A stretch of DNA of 64,000 bases from an uncultured Gemmatimonadales bacterium (GTDB lineage Bacteria; Gemmatimonadota; Gemmatimonadetes; Longimicrobiales; RSA9). A program made the position numbers and the translations under genes. The stretch's first letter is position 1; each line of letters opens with the position of its first letter. Location of the stretch: positions 1,568,001 through 1,632,000 of the forward strand of contig CAWFKH010000003.1 in NCBI GenBank assembly GCA_963816355.1, given 5' to 3'. Under the pieces are notes generated by a model. The model saw only the letters and a list, made by a program, of their open reading frames with translations. It did no database searches and was not told the DNA's origin. Positions 12,470 to 21,484 of this stretch are shown here, in pieces.

Positions 12470-13204
12470 CTACGCGCGGGCGGGGCGAGGCAGGGTGATC
12501 TGGCGGTCGCGGAGCTCCGGCACGAGCTCGTAGCGATCGACCGCGGCGCAGAATTCGAGATCCTCGCCGAGCCCGAGCGCCGCCAGCGCCTTCCCGCCGC
12601 CGCTCGAGCGGAGGATCGCCAGCGGCCGCTCCCGGTACGGCTTCGCGAGCGCCGAGGCGGCGAGCGCCGCGTCGTTCAGCGTGAGCCGCCCGACCCGCTC
12701 TCGCAGCGCCAGCACGAGGGCGCCCGCGCACGCGCCGTCCTCCAGCGCGAAGTGGCCCTCGCGGCCCGCGCACACGACGATCGCGGATTCCTTCGTCTCC
12801 GCCAGTGTGTCCGCCACGGCGCCGAGGTTGAGGAAGGCGCCGAGGAGGACGCGAGCGCCCGCGACCACGGCCAGCAGCGCCTGCGTGCCGTTCGTCGTCG
12901 TGAGCGCCAGCAGCTTGCCGGAGACCCGCTCCGGCGTGTACTCGATCGGCGAGTTGCCCAGGTCGAAACCCTCGATCTTGACGCCCTTCCGCTCTCCGCA
13001 GACCAGCGCCGCCTGCCGCCCCACGCGCTGCGCGAGCGCCGTCGCCTCCTCGGGCGTCTGTACCGGCGCCACCGCGCGCGCGCCGTTCGAGAGCGCCTCC
13101 AGGATCGTGCTCGTCGCGCGGAGCACATCGATGACGACCACGGTGCGCCCCGCGACGCCCGCCGCCGGCAGTTCCGCCGGCGTGAAGCAGACGTCGATCT
13201 TCAC
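12470..13204 (-). CDS. comB: 2-phosphosulfolactate phosphatase (ComB) family protein
   Basis: [35 protein letters not shown] start overlaps the accC stop. Confidence 0.93.
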   Translation of the reverse strand: MKIDVCFTPAELPAAGVAGRTVVVIDVLRATSTILEALSNGARAVAPVQTPEEATALAQRVGRQAALVCGERKGVKIEGFDLGNSPIEYTPERVSGKLLALTTTNGTQALLAVVAGARVLLGAFLNLGAVADTLAETKESAIVVCAGREGHFALEDGACAGALVLALRERVGRLTLNDAALAASALAKPYRERPLAILRSSGGGKALAALGLGEDLEFCAAVDRYELVPELRDRQITLPRPARA

Positions 13205-14562
13205 GAGGCCGCCACCGGCTCCGCCATCCGCCGCTCCAGGAACTTGGTGTCGAACTCGCCCGCGCAGAACTGCTCGTCGCTCATCAGCTCCAGGAGAAAG
13301 GGCACGGTGGTGTGGATCCCTTCGATGATGAACGATTCGAGGGCCATGCGCATGCGCGCGATCGCCTCCTCGCGGTCCTTGCCGTGCACGATCAGCTTCC
13401 CGAGCAGCGAGTCGTAGTAGGGCGGCACGTGGTAGCCGGCGTAGGCGTGCGTGTCCACGCGAACCCCCGGCCCGCCCGGCGTGTGGAAGATCGACACCGT
13501 TCCGGGGCTCGGCGCGAAGCGGCGGGACGGGTCCTCCGCGTTGATGCGGCACTCGATCGCGTGACCGCGAAGCCGCAGCTCGCACCCTTCCGGCGTAGAG
13601 ATCGGCGCACCCGCCGCGATCCGGATCTGCTCCTTCACCAGGTCGACACCCGTCACCATCTCCGTCACCGGATGCTCCACCTGGATGCGCGTGTTCATCT
13701 CCATGAAATAGAAGGAGCCGTCCTCGTCGAGCAGGAACTCCATCGTACCGGCCGAGAAATAGCCGATGTGCGACGCACCGCGCACGGCGGCCTCCCCCAT
13801 CGCTTCACGGATCTCCGGCGTCATCGCCGGCGACGGCGCCTCCTCGATCAGCTTCTGGTGACGGCGCTGAATCGAGCAGTCCCGCTCGCCCAGGTGGATC
13901 ACCCGCCCGTGTTGATCGCCCAGGATCTGGAACTCGATGTGCCGCGGCCGGGCGAGGTACTTCTCGAGGTACACCGTCGAATCACCGAACGCCGCAGCCG
14001 CCTCCTGCTGCGCCGCCTGGAACTGCCGCGCGAACTCCGACGCCTCCTTCACCACCCGCATCCCCTTGCCACCACCGCCCGCCGCCGCCTTGATCAGCAC
14101 CGGGAATCCGATCGACGACGCGAGATCCGCCGCCTCGTCCGCATCCGCCAGCGCCCCGGGGCTGCCCGGCACCGTCGGCACGCCCACCTCCTGCATCGTG
14201 CGGCGCGCCACCGCCTTGTCCCCCATCTGGCGGATCTGCTGCGCGTTCGGGCCGATGAACACCAGCCCCGAGTGCTCGCAGATCTCCGCGAACTCCGCGT
14301 TCTCCGCGAGAAAGCCGTAGCCGGGGTGGATCGCCTCCGCCCCCGTGATCTCGGCCGCCGCCATGATGCGCGGAATGTTCAGATAGCTCTCGCGTGCCGG
14401 CGGCGGACCGATGCAGACGTCCTCGTCCGCGAATCGCACGTGCAGCGACTCCCGATCCGCCTCGCTGTAAACCGCCACCGTGCGGATCCCCATCTCACGG
14501 CACGCCCGGATCACCCGGAGCGCGATCTCGCCCCGGTTCGCGATCAGCACTTTGCGGAACAT
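13201..14562 (-). CDS. accC: Acetyl-CoA carboxylase biotin carboxylase subunit
   Basis: [34 protein letters not shown]. Confidence 0.97.
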   Translation of the reverse strand: MFRKVLIANRGEIALRVIRACREMGIRTVAVYSEADRESLHVRFADEDVCIGPPPARESYLNIPRIMAAAEITGAEAIHPGYGFLAENAEFAEICEHSGLVFIGPNAQQIRQMGDKAVARRTMQEVGVPTVPGSPGALADADEAADLASSIGFPVLIKAAAGGGGKGMRVVKEASEFARQFQAAQQEAAAAFGDSTVYLEKYLARPRHIEFQILGDQHGRVIHLGERDCSIQRRHQKLIEEAPSPAMTPEIREAMGEAAVRGASHIGYFSAGTMEFLLDEDGSFYFMEMNTRIQVEHPVTEMVTGVDLVKEQIRIAAGAPISTPEGCELRLRGHAIECRINAEDPSRRFAPSPGTVSIFHTPGGPGVRVDTHAYAGYHVPPYYDSLLGKLIVHGKDREEAIARMRMALESFIIEGIHTTVPFLLELMSDEQFCAGEFDTKFLERRMAEPVAAS

Positions 14563-14569
14563 GCGCCCG

Positions 14570-15211
14570 CTACCGGGCCGCCGCGGTCTCGACGCGGAAG
14601 AGCACCTGCCCGTACTCGACCGGCTCCGCGTTCTCGACCAGGACCTCACGGACGACGCCCTCCACCTCGCTCTCCAGCTCGTTCATCAGCTTCATCGCTT
14701 CGAGGATGCAGAGCGTCTGGCCCTTCGAGATCGAGCTCCCCACCTCCACGTACGCCGGCGCTTCCGGCGCCGGCGAGCGGTAAAACGTCCCCACCATCGG
14801 CGACTTGATCTCGTGCAGCGGCGACTCCTCGGCACCACCCGCCTCGGCTCCCCCCGCTTGCGCGCCCGCCGCGCCCCCGGAGACGGTCTCCTGCGCCGCC
14901 GCCGCCGCGACCGGCGCGGCCACCGGCACCGCGACCGGCGCGGCCGCGCCCTGCGCCATCGGCGGCGCCGCCACCTGCGCCGGCGTCTTCGCCACGCGGA
15001 TGCGCGTGCCGGCACGGCTGATCTCGAGCGAGTCGATGCCGCTCTCGTCCACGGCGGCGATCAGGCCGCGGACGAAATCGAGATCGATGAGCGGCTGACC
15101 GGAGGCGGCCCGATGGTTCGGACTCGCGCCGCCGGCCGCACCCTCGGTCCCCGATTTCTCCACCCCCTTCGCCGGGCGCTTGCCGCCACCCTTGTTCCCC
15201 GCAGATGCCAT
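14570..15211 (-). CDS. accB: Biotin carboxyl carrier protein
   Basis: [11 protein letters not shown], biotinylation motif EAMKLMNE, Ala/Pro linker; start uncertain. Confidence 0.95.
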   Translation of the reverse strand: MASAGNKGGGKRPAKGVEKSGTEGAAGGASPNHRAASGQPLIDLDFVRGLIAAVDESGIDSLEISRAGTRIRVAKTPAQVAAPPMAQGAAAPVAVPVAAPVAAAAAQETVSGGAAGAQAGGAEAGGAEESPLHEIKSPMVGTFYRSPAPEAPAYVEVGSSISKGQTLCILEAMKLMNELESEVEGVVREVLVENAEPVEYGQVLFRVETAAAR

Positions 15212-15251
15212 TGATCTCTCCCGTCTATGTCCGGAGCGTCCGGCGCCCAGG

Positions 15252-15689
15252 CTAGCGCCCGCGCAGATGTCGCACCAGACCTCGCAAGCCGAGCAGGTAG
15301 CTGTCCGCACCGAAACCGACCACCGATCCCACCGCCACCGGGGCGAGGAGGGACCGACGACGGAACGGCTCGCGGCCGTGGATGTTCGACAGGTGAACCT
15401 CGACGAAGGGCAGGCCCACGCCCGTCAACGCGTCGCGGATCGCGACGCTCGTGTGCGTGTAGCCGCCCGCGTTGACGAGGAAGCCGGCCACATCGGCCGC
15501 ATCCGAGTGGATCCGGTCGATCAGCGCCCCTTCCCCGTTCGAGTGGTACGCGCGGACGAGCACGCCGAGCTCCGCCGCGAGCGTCGCGAGCCGTGCGTCG
15601 ATCTCCTCCAGCGTCGCACGTCCGTAGACCGCCGGCTCACGCCGCCCGAGCAGGTTCAGGTTCGGCCCGTGCAGGACCGAAACCGTCAA
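15252..15689 (-). CDS. aroQ: Type II 3-dehydroquinate dehydratase
   Basis: [42 protein letters not shown] start overlaps the upstream stop; alternative GTG at 15710. Confidence 0.96.
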   Translation of the reverse strand: MTVSVLHGPNLNLLGRREPAVYGRATLEEIDARLATLAAELGVLVRAYHSNGEGALIDRIHSDAADVAGFLVNAGGYTHTSVAIRDALTGVGLPFVEVHLSNIHGREPFRRRSLLAPVAVGSVVGFGADSYLLGLRGLVRHLRGR

Positions 15690-17566
15690 CGCTTCAGACT
15701 CTGCAACCACGCGCGGAACACGTCCAGATCCTCGTCATCCTCACCCTCGCCGCCGGAGCCACCCTCTGCCGCCCCTTCCCCGCCGCCGGCCGCCCGGGGC
15801 GACGCGTCGGCCGGGGCTTCCGGCGCAGCCGTCCCGCCACCCACCCCGGGACGCTCCGCCGTCCCGGCGTCCGCCCCCTCCGCCGCAGGCTCGTCCGTGG
15901 CCCGTCCACCTCCCACCTCCACGCTACCCAGCGGACCCTCGGCGCGCCACGCCAGCAGCGAGCCGAAGTAGTCCCGGATCGTCGGCCCGGCCGGCTCGGC
16001 CTCCTCGCCCTCCTCCGGTGGCCACGCATACGGGCTCGTCGAGCTCTCCATGGCGCCGCCGCGACCCGTCCACGCCGACTCGACGTCCTCCACGCGCGCG
16101 CTGGACGGCGATGCCGCGACGACGTCGTCGAGCCGCAGCTCCGCCCCGTACGCATCCGGCACGGTCGCCGCCGCGGCTTCTGCGTCACGGAGCTTCCCCT
16201 CCAGCTCCTCGTCGTCCGGACGACGGCGCAGCAGCTCCCGGTACACCTCCGCCGCGCGCCCGTGCAGCCCCTGCTTCACGTAGAGGTCGCCGATCGTCTC
16301 CGTGACCAGCTCCGAGTCGCCTCCGGGGACCGCACCCGCTTCGCTCGCCGTGGCCCCCGGCTCCTCCTCCCACGGCATCAGCCAGTCCTCGTCCGCCCCA
16401 TCCTCCTCTCCCGGTCCGGCCGCCTCCCCTTCCGTTCCGGCCGCGTCCGCGCTCAACCCGAGCTCGCTCACGACGCTCTCGATCACGAGATCCACGTCTT
16501 CCTCGTCTTCCGGGCGGCCGGAGCCGACCAGGTCGTCGAGCGCCTCCTCGCCGAACGCCGTCACCCGACCTTCCTCCTCGCCCGTCGTCCCCGCGGCGAA
16601 CGTCCCCGCGTCCGTCTCTTCGTTCCGCGACGCTCCTCCCTCGTCGAACACCTCCAGCACGACCTCGTCGAGCACCACTTCGCCGAACGCGGCCTCCTCG
16701 AAGACGCCTTCCTCCACCTCCACCGCCTGCGTCTCCTCTCCGACCGCCTCGCCCCCAGCTTCCGCTTCAACGACGTCTTCCTCGCCCGCGTCCGCTCCGG
16801 CCCCGGCCTCGCCTTCCTCCGATTCCGCGGAGGCCGGCTCGACGTCGCTCGACTCCGGTTCCGGCGTGCTCGCCAGCACCCGGTCCCATTCGTCGCCGGA
16901 CCGGCCACCCTCGACGGACGACGCCGCGCCCTCCGCCAATGCGGCCGCGCCCTCCGCCGATGCGGCCGCGCCTTCGCCCGCCGGCGCGATGCCTTCGTCC
17001 GCGGCGGCGGCTTCCTCCGCCGGCACGCGGTCTTCATCCGCGGCAGCGGCTTCCTCCGCCGGCGCGCTGCCCTCGTCCGGTGCGGCGGCATGCTCGTGCG
17101 GCTCGTCGCCTCGGGCGGCGGCCGTCGGCGCCGTCGCGGCGACGGCCCCGCTCGGCCCCGGCATCTCGCCCGTCTCCACGTAAGTCTCTACGTCTTCAGC
17201 GGACGGATCCAGTGCGAGCAGTTCGCGGTAGTAGCCGAGGGCCACGTCGCGGCGCCCGTCGCGGCGCGCGAGGTCGCCGAGGGCGCGGAGCGCGACCAGA
17301 TTGTGCGGATCGAGCTCGACCACGCGCTGGAACGCGGATTCCGCGCCGCTCGCGTCGCCGAGGTCCTGCAGGACGCGACCGAGCACGACGTGGGCGCTGG
17401 AGTAGTCGGGGTGGCGACGGAGGCCCTCTTCGAGGACCTCGCGCGCGCGCCCCGCCTCGCCGGCTCGGCGGTACGCCTCCGCGAGATGGGTGAAGACCCG
17501 TCCTGCGGGGTTCTCGGCGTACAGAGCCTCGAGCTTTTCGATCTCGTCGCGGTAGGGTCCGGCCAT
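15686..17566 (-). CDS. TPR protein with long acidic disordered middle and C-terminal TPR/short helix
   Basis: N-terminal TPRs ([25 protein letters not shown]), E/A-rich centre, [13 protein letters not shown], ends [17 protein letters not shown]. Confidence 0.85.
   Translation of the reverse strand: MAGPYRDEIEKLEALYAENPAGRVFTHLAEAYRRAGEAGRAREVLEEGLRRHPDYSSAHVVLGRVLQDLGDASGAESAFQRVVELDPHNLVALRALGDLARRDGRRDVALGYYRELLALDPSAEDVETYVETGEMPGPSGAVAATAPTAAARGDEPHEHAAAPDEGSAPAEEAAAADEDRVPAEEAAAADEGIAPAGEGAAASAEGAAALAEGAASSVEGGRSGDEWDRVLASTPEPESSDVEPASAESEEGEAGAGADAGEEDVVEAEAGGEAVGEETQAVEVEEGVFEEAAFGEVVLDEVVLEVFDEGGASRNEETDAGTFAAGTTGEEEGRVTAFGEEALDDLVGSGRPEDEEDVDLVIESVVSELGLSADAAGTEGEAAGPGEEDGADEDWLMPWEEEPGATASEAGAVPGGDSELVTETIGDLYVKQGLHGRAAEVYRELLRRRPDDEELEGKLRDAEAAAATVPDAYGAELRLDDVVAASPSSARVEDVESAWTGRGGAMESSTSPYAWPPEEGEEAEPAGPTIRDYFGSLLAWRAEGPLGSVEVGGGRATDEPAAEGADAGTAERPGVGGGTAAPEAPADASPRAAGGGEGAAEGGSGGEGEDDEDLDVFRAWLQSLKR
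16923..17089. repeat. In-frame degenerate 21-bp and 39-bp tandem repeats in the TPR gene
   Basis: Encode [13 protein letters not shown] / [13 protein letters not shown] / [13 protein letters not shown] and EGAAA(S/L)A units. Confidence 0.7.
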
Positions 17567-17619
17567 CAGCCCAAACTCCACGCAGATTGGCGGTGAGACG
17601 GTGGGGTGAGAAGTGGTGG

Positions 17620-17649
17620 AAGATAGGAGCGGCGGCGGGGACGTGTCAA
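17620..17649 (-). promoter_or_regulatory. Sigma70-type promoter for the TPR-aroQ-accBC-comB-ftsK run
   Basis: TTGACA-N18-TATCTT. Confidence 0.65.
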
Positions 17650-17685
17650 CGCGGCGGCGACCTCGCGGCGAGGCGGTGTTTCAGC

Positions 17686-17714
17686 TTGTACCTTGCCGGT
17701 GGAGCACTTACGTT
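17686..17714 (+). promoter_or_regulatory. Divergent sigma70-type promoter for the ppiD-like gene
   Basis: TTGTAC-N17-TACGTT. Confidence 0.5.
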
Positions 17715-17774
17715 TAGCGGTTTGGGGGGCCGGCGCCAGGGATCCACGCCGCGAGCAGGAGGAGAAGTCGGCGT

Positions 17775-19598
17775 ATGATGCGTCAGATGCGGGAAAACAC
17801 GAAATGGATCATGCTGCTCACGGCGGCCGCGTTCGTGGGCCTCATGATCTTCCAGTGGGGTATGGACGCGAGCGGTCGGAGCAGCTCGCAGTACTCCGGT
17901 GGCAAGCTCGGCAGCGTGAACGGCGAAGCGATCACGCTGCAGGAGTTCAACAACGTCTATCAGAACCTGTATCAGCAGCAGGATCAGCAGCAGGACGGAT
18001 CGATCTCGTCGTCGCAGAACCGGGAGATCGAGGACGCCGCGTGGCGGCAGCTCGTGTCGGAGAAGCTGATCGCTCAGGAGCTGCACCGCCGCGGCATCGG
18101 CGTGACGCCGGCCGAGATCAAGGAGGCGGCCCGGTTTTCGCCGCCGCCGGAGTTCCTCAGCAACCCGGTGTTCCAGACGAACGGTCAGTTCGACATCGAC
18201 AAATATCACCGCTTCCTCGCCTCGCCGGCGGTCGACGACCGGCTCCTGCTCCAGCTCGAGCAGTACTATCGCGAGGCGATCCCGCGCAGCAAGCTCTTCC
18301 GGCAGGTCGCGACCGGCGTCTACGTCCCGGACGGCGAGCTGTGGCGCCTCTATCGGGACCGCAACGAGAAGGTCCGCGTCGAATTCGTCGAGATCGATCC
18401 GCAGCACGTGGTGTCGGACGCGGAGGCGCCCGTCACGGATGCCGAGGTCCGGCAGTACTACGACGCGCATCGGGACAGCCTGCAGCGCCCGGCGCGGGTG
18501 CAGGTGCGGGTCCTTTCCCTGTCGAAGGCGCCCCTCGCCTCGGACACCGCCGCCGTCCGGGAGCACGCCCGGCAGTTGCACGACGAGATCGCTGGCGGCG
18601 CCGCCTTCGACGATGTCGCCAGGCGCGAAGCCTCCGAGGGCGGGCAGAGCGCGGACACGGCGGCGGCGATCGCGGTACGGCGGGGACAGACGCCCTTCGA
18701 CTCGATCCTCTTCACGGTGCCGGTCGGGCACGTGAGCGAGCCGGTGGAAACGCCCGCGGGCATTCAGATTTTCGAGATCGAGAGCCGGAGCGGCGACCAG
18801 GCCGAGGTGCGCCGCATCGTCGTGCCGATCGAACGGCAGAACGACTCCGAGACGGCGCTGCTCACGCGCGCCGACTCGCTCGAGGCGGTGGGTACGACGA
18901 GTGGCTTCGCGGAGGCGGCGCGCGCTCTCGGTCTGCAGAGCCGCGAGCTCAAGATGAGCGAGGGCACGCCGTACCTGCCCGGTGTCGGTGATGCCCAGGA
19001 GGGCGCCGATTGGGCGTTCGGCGACGTGGCCGTCGGCGAGACGAGCCCGGTCTTCGAGAACGAGTCGGACTACTACATGCTCGAGCTGGTCGACCGCCAG
19101 CCCGCGGGCACGATGTCGTTCGACGAAGTGAAGGATGCCCTCCGCCAGCGCGTGCAGGCACAGAAGAAGATGGCGATCGCGCGCAACGCCGCGCGCGACC
19201 TCGTCGACGAGGTGCACGGCGGGCTCTCGCTCGCCGAAGCGGCGAAGAAGCACGGCCTGTCGACGCAGGAGGCCGGGCCGTTCTCGCGCCTCGACTTCGT
19301 TCCGGATCTGGGGAGCACCAACGCGGTGATCGGCACCGCGTTCGGTCTCGACCTGAACGAGGTGAGCACGCCCGTGGAATCGGACGACAAGCTCTTCGTC
19401 GTGCGGCTCGTCGATCGCATTCAGGCGGACCGCAAGGCGTTCGAGGCGCAGAAGGGAGACCAGCGGCAGCGTGTCACCGCGGCTCTCGAGCAGTCGCGCG
19501 TGACGCTGTTCCTCAACGACCTGCGCGAGCGCGCGAAGATCGTGGACGACCACGTGGCCGCCCTGCACGCCTCGCGCGCCGCGCCCAGCTCCACCTGA
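17775..19598 (+). CDS. ppiD: PpiD/SurA-family membrane-anchored periplasmic chaperone/PPIase
   Basis: MMRQMRENTKWIM plus TM anchor, SurA-N domain, parvulin-like repeats (GHVSEPVET, GETSPVFE); GGAG RBS. Confidence 0.85.
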   Translation: MMRQMRENTKWIMLLTAAAFVGLMIFQWGMDASGRSSSQYSGGKLGSVNGEAITLQEFNNVYQNLYQQQDQQQDGSISSSQNREIEDAAWRQLVSEKLIAQELHRRGIGVTPAEIKEAARFSPPPEFLSNPVFQTNGQFDIDKYHRFLASPAVDDRLLLQLEQYYREAIPRSKLFRQVATGVYVPDGELWRLYRDRNEKVRVEFVEIDPQHVVSDAEAPVTDAEVRQYYDAHRDSLQRPARVQVRVLSLSKAPLASDTAAVREHARQLHDEIAGGAAFDDVARREASEGGQSADTAAAIAVRRGQTPFDSILFTVPVGHVSEPVETPAGIQIFEIESRSGDQAEVRRIVVPIERQNDSETALLTRADSLEAVGTTSGFAEAARALGLQSRELKMSEGTPYLPGVGDAQEGADWAFGDVAVGETSPVFENESDYYMLELVDRQPAGTMSFDEVKDALRQRVQAQKKMAIARNAARDLVDEVHGGLSLAEAAKKHGLSTQEAGPFSRLDFVPDLGSTNAVIGTAFGLDLNEVSTPVESDDKLFVVRLVDRIQADRKAFEAQKGDQRQRVTAALEQSRVTLFLNDLRERAKIVDDHVAALHASRAAPSST

Positions 19599-19620
19599 GA
19601 GCGGAGGGCGCGCTCCGGCC

Positions 19621-19658
19621 GCGCCGCAGCGGCACGTCCGCGCCGCAGCGGCACGTCC
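19621..19658. repeat. Perfect 19-bp tandem duplication
   Basis: GCGCCGCAGCGGCACGTCC twice. Confidence 0.85.
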
Positions 19659-19691
19659 GTCAGCCGCCCGGCCGCGCCTGGCGGCGGCAAC

Positions 19692-19742
19692 GGCAGAGGC
19701 GCCCGGGAGCCGGAATTCGACCGGCTCCCGGGCGCCTCTGCC
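19692..19742. terminator. Perfect 22-bp inverted repeat between convergent ppiD and tatA (probable bidirectional terminator)
   Basis: GGCAGAGGCGCCCGGGAGCCGG-aattcga-CCGGCTCCCGGGCGCCTCTGCC; no strong U-tract. Confidence 0.7.
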
Positions 19743-19785
19743 TTGCGGCCCCCGGTGGTTCTCCGCCCTTCGCCCGATCCGCCGC

Positions 19786-20100
19786 CTACTCGGCCGGCTT
19801 CTCCGCCGCGGCGCGGGTCTGCTCGGACGACGCCGCCGGAGCGGCTTCGGTCTGCCGCGCGACCGGCACCTCGTCCTGGAGCGGCGGCGGCGCGACGGCC
19901 TGCTGCGTCGGCGCCCTCGGCGCCTGAGCGGGCGGCGGCGGCGCGTTCAGCTCCGACTTGATGTCGTTCATCGAGTTCCTGAACTCGCGGATCCCCTTCC
20001 CCAGCGAACCTCCGAGCTCCGGCAGCCGCTTGGCGCCGAAGACCAGGAGGAGCACGAAGAGGATGAGGATGATCTCGCCAGGCCCGAGGCTTCCGAACAT
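19786..20100 (-). CDS. tatA: Twin-arginine translocase TatA/E subunit
   Basis: EIILILFVLLLVFGAKRLPELGGSLGKGIREFR. Confidence 0.95.
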   Translation of the reverse strand: MFGSLGPGEIILILFVLLLVFGAKRLPELGGSLGKGIREFRNSMNDIKSELNAPPPPAQAPRAPTQQAVAPPPLQDEVPVARQTEAAPAASSEQTRAAAEKPAE

Positions 20101-20120
20101 GGTCCTTCTCCGATTCGGGA

Positions 20121-20396
20121 TCAGAGCCAGGAGCGAACGACCAGACCCACCGCCAGAACGCCCACCAGGCTCAGTGCATTGAGATTAACGGTCAGCGGCC
20201 CGATTACCAAGGCCACCGCGACCAGGTCGATCCCCAGCGGACCCAGCGAAGCGGACACGCTCGTGGTCAGGAAGCTCCGGGCCGGGCTCTCCGGCATGAA
20301 CCGCACCGCGAGCGCCGTCAACAGCGCCCCCACGAACAGGCCGATGACGAGGGTCCAGAACAGACGCGTGAGCCCGCGTCGCCGGGGACCCATCAT
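20121..20396 (-). CDS. Small membrane protein, DUF4321-like
   Basis: About 91 aa from MMGPRRRG; TM helix, then a hydrophobic strand-rich segment (IDLVAVALVIG..VNLNALSLVG). Confidence 0.7.
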   Translation of the reverse strand: MMGPRRRGLTRLFWTLVIGLFVGALLTALAVRFMPESPARSFLTTSVSASLGPLGIDLVAVALVIGPLTVNLNALSLVGVLAVGLVVRSWL

Positions 20397-20428
20397 GCTA
20401 CCGCCCGCGAGGGACCGGGTTCCATTCT

Positions 20429-21415
20429 TCAACGGCGTCGATCGATCACGTAGGTGATTGCGGCAACGAGAGATTCGGTTGCCGGTGAGTCGGGGACGTC
20501 TTCCAGTGCGCGCACCGCCCGGGCGGCGAAATCGTCCGCCCGCGAGCGCGCATACTCCAGGCCGCCGTGCTCGCGGACCAGGTCGACGATCTGCCGGATC
20601 GCCTCCTCGCCCGGCTCCGGATCGGCGAAGAACCGCTCGACCTGACGACGCGCCTCGGGACCCATCGAGCGCAGCGCGCGAATCGTCGGCAGCGTCATCT
20701 TGTGCTCGCGCAGGTCCTGGCCGGAAGGTTTGCCCGTCGTCGCCTCCGTCGCCACGAAGTCCAGCAGGTCGTCGGCGATCTGGAACGCCATGCCCAACTC
20801 GTGACCGTAGCGGCGCAGCGCGTCGGCGTGGCGCGAATCGCCGGCGACCGCCCCCATCTCGCACGCGGCTGCCATCAGCGACGCCGTCTTCGAGGCGATC
20901 AGCCGGTGGTAGTCCTCCTCGCCGAACGCGAGGGCGTCGTGGGAGGAGAGCTGCCGCATCTCACCGATGCTCATCTCGTTCGCCGCGCGCGCCAGCACGC
21001 GGATCAGGTCCACGCGCCCCAGGCCGGCCAGCTCCGTCACCGAGCGACTGTAGAGGTAGTCGCCCATGATGATCGCGCTCTGGTGATTCCACAGCGCGTT
21101 CACCGTCGGCATGCCGCGGCGCAGCACCGAATGGTCCACGGCATCGTCGTGGACGAGGGTGGCGAGATGGACGAGTTCGACGGCCGCGGCGAGCGTGACG
21201 GCGCGCGGGTGCGGCCGTGCTTCCACCTCGTTGCACAGCAGCAGCAGCATCGGCCGGAACAGCTTCCCCCGGGCCAGCAGGAGATAGTCGTTCACCTCCT
21301 GCACGCGGGGGAAGTCCGAGACGATGATGCGACCGATCTCGTCGACCACCGCCGCGAGCTGATCGGCGACCGGCTTCTGGATCTCTGCGAGTTGCGCTGG
21401 TGCCGTGCGGAGCAT
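20429..21415 (-). CDS. Polyprenyl diphosphate synthase (IspB/HepT family)
   Basis: GKLFRP, LVHDDAVD..RRG, FQIADDLLD, GKPSGQDLRE. Confidence 0.95.
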   Translation of the reverse strand: MLRTAPAQLAEIQKPVADQLAAVVDEIGRIIVSDFPRVQEVNDYLLLARGKLFRPMLLLLCNEVEARPHPRAVTLAAAVELVHLATLVHDDAVDHSVLRRGMPTVNALWNHQSAIIMGDYLYSRSVTELAGLGRVDLIRVLARAANEMSIGEMRQLSSHDALAFGEEDYHRLIASKTASLMAAACEMGAVAGDSRHADALRRYGHELGMAFQIADDLLDFVATEATTGKPSGQDLREHKMTLPTIRALRSMGPEARRQVERFFADPEPGEEAIRQIVDLVREHGGLEYARSRADDFAARAVRALEDVPDSPATESLVAAITYVIDRRR

Positions 21416-21455
21416 CTTCGGCCGTTCGCTGGCGGGTCCCCTGAGACGGTGCGAA

Positions 21456-21484
21456 AACGTAGGCGGGGCGCCGAGAGTTGTCAA
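21456..21484 (-). promoter_or_regulatory. Internal sigma70-type promoter for polyprenyl synthase-DUF4321-tatA
   Basis: TTGACA-N17-TACGTT; the -35 box contains the TGA stop of the upstream gene. Confidence 0.7.

Noticed and set aside
19692..19742. MITE or REP element
   Set aside because: I saw only one copy in the window, with no target-site duplication; its position between convergent genes fits a terminator.
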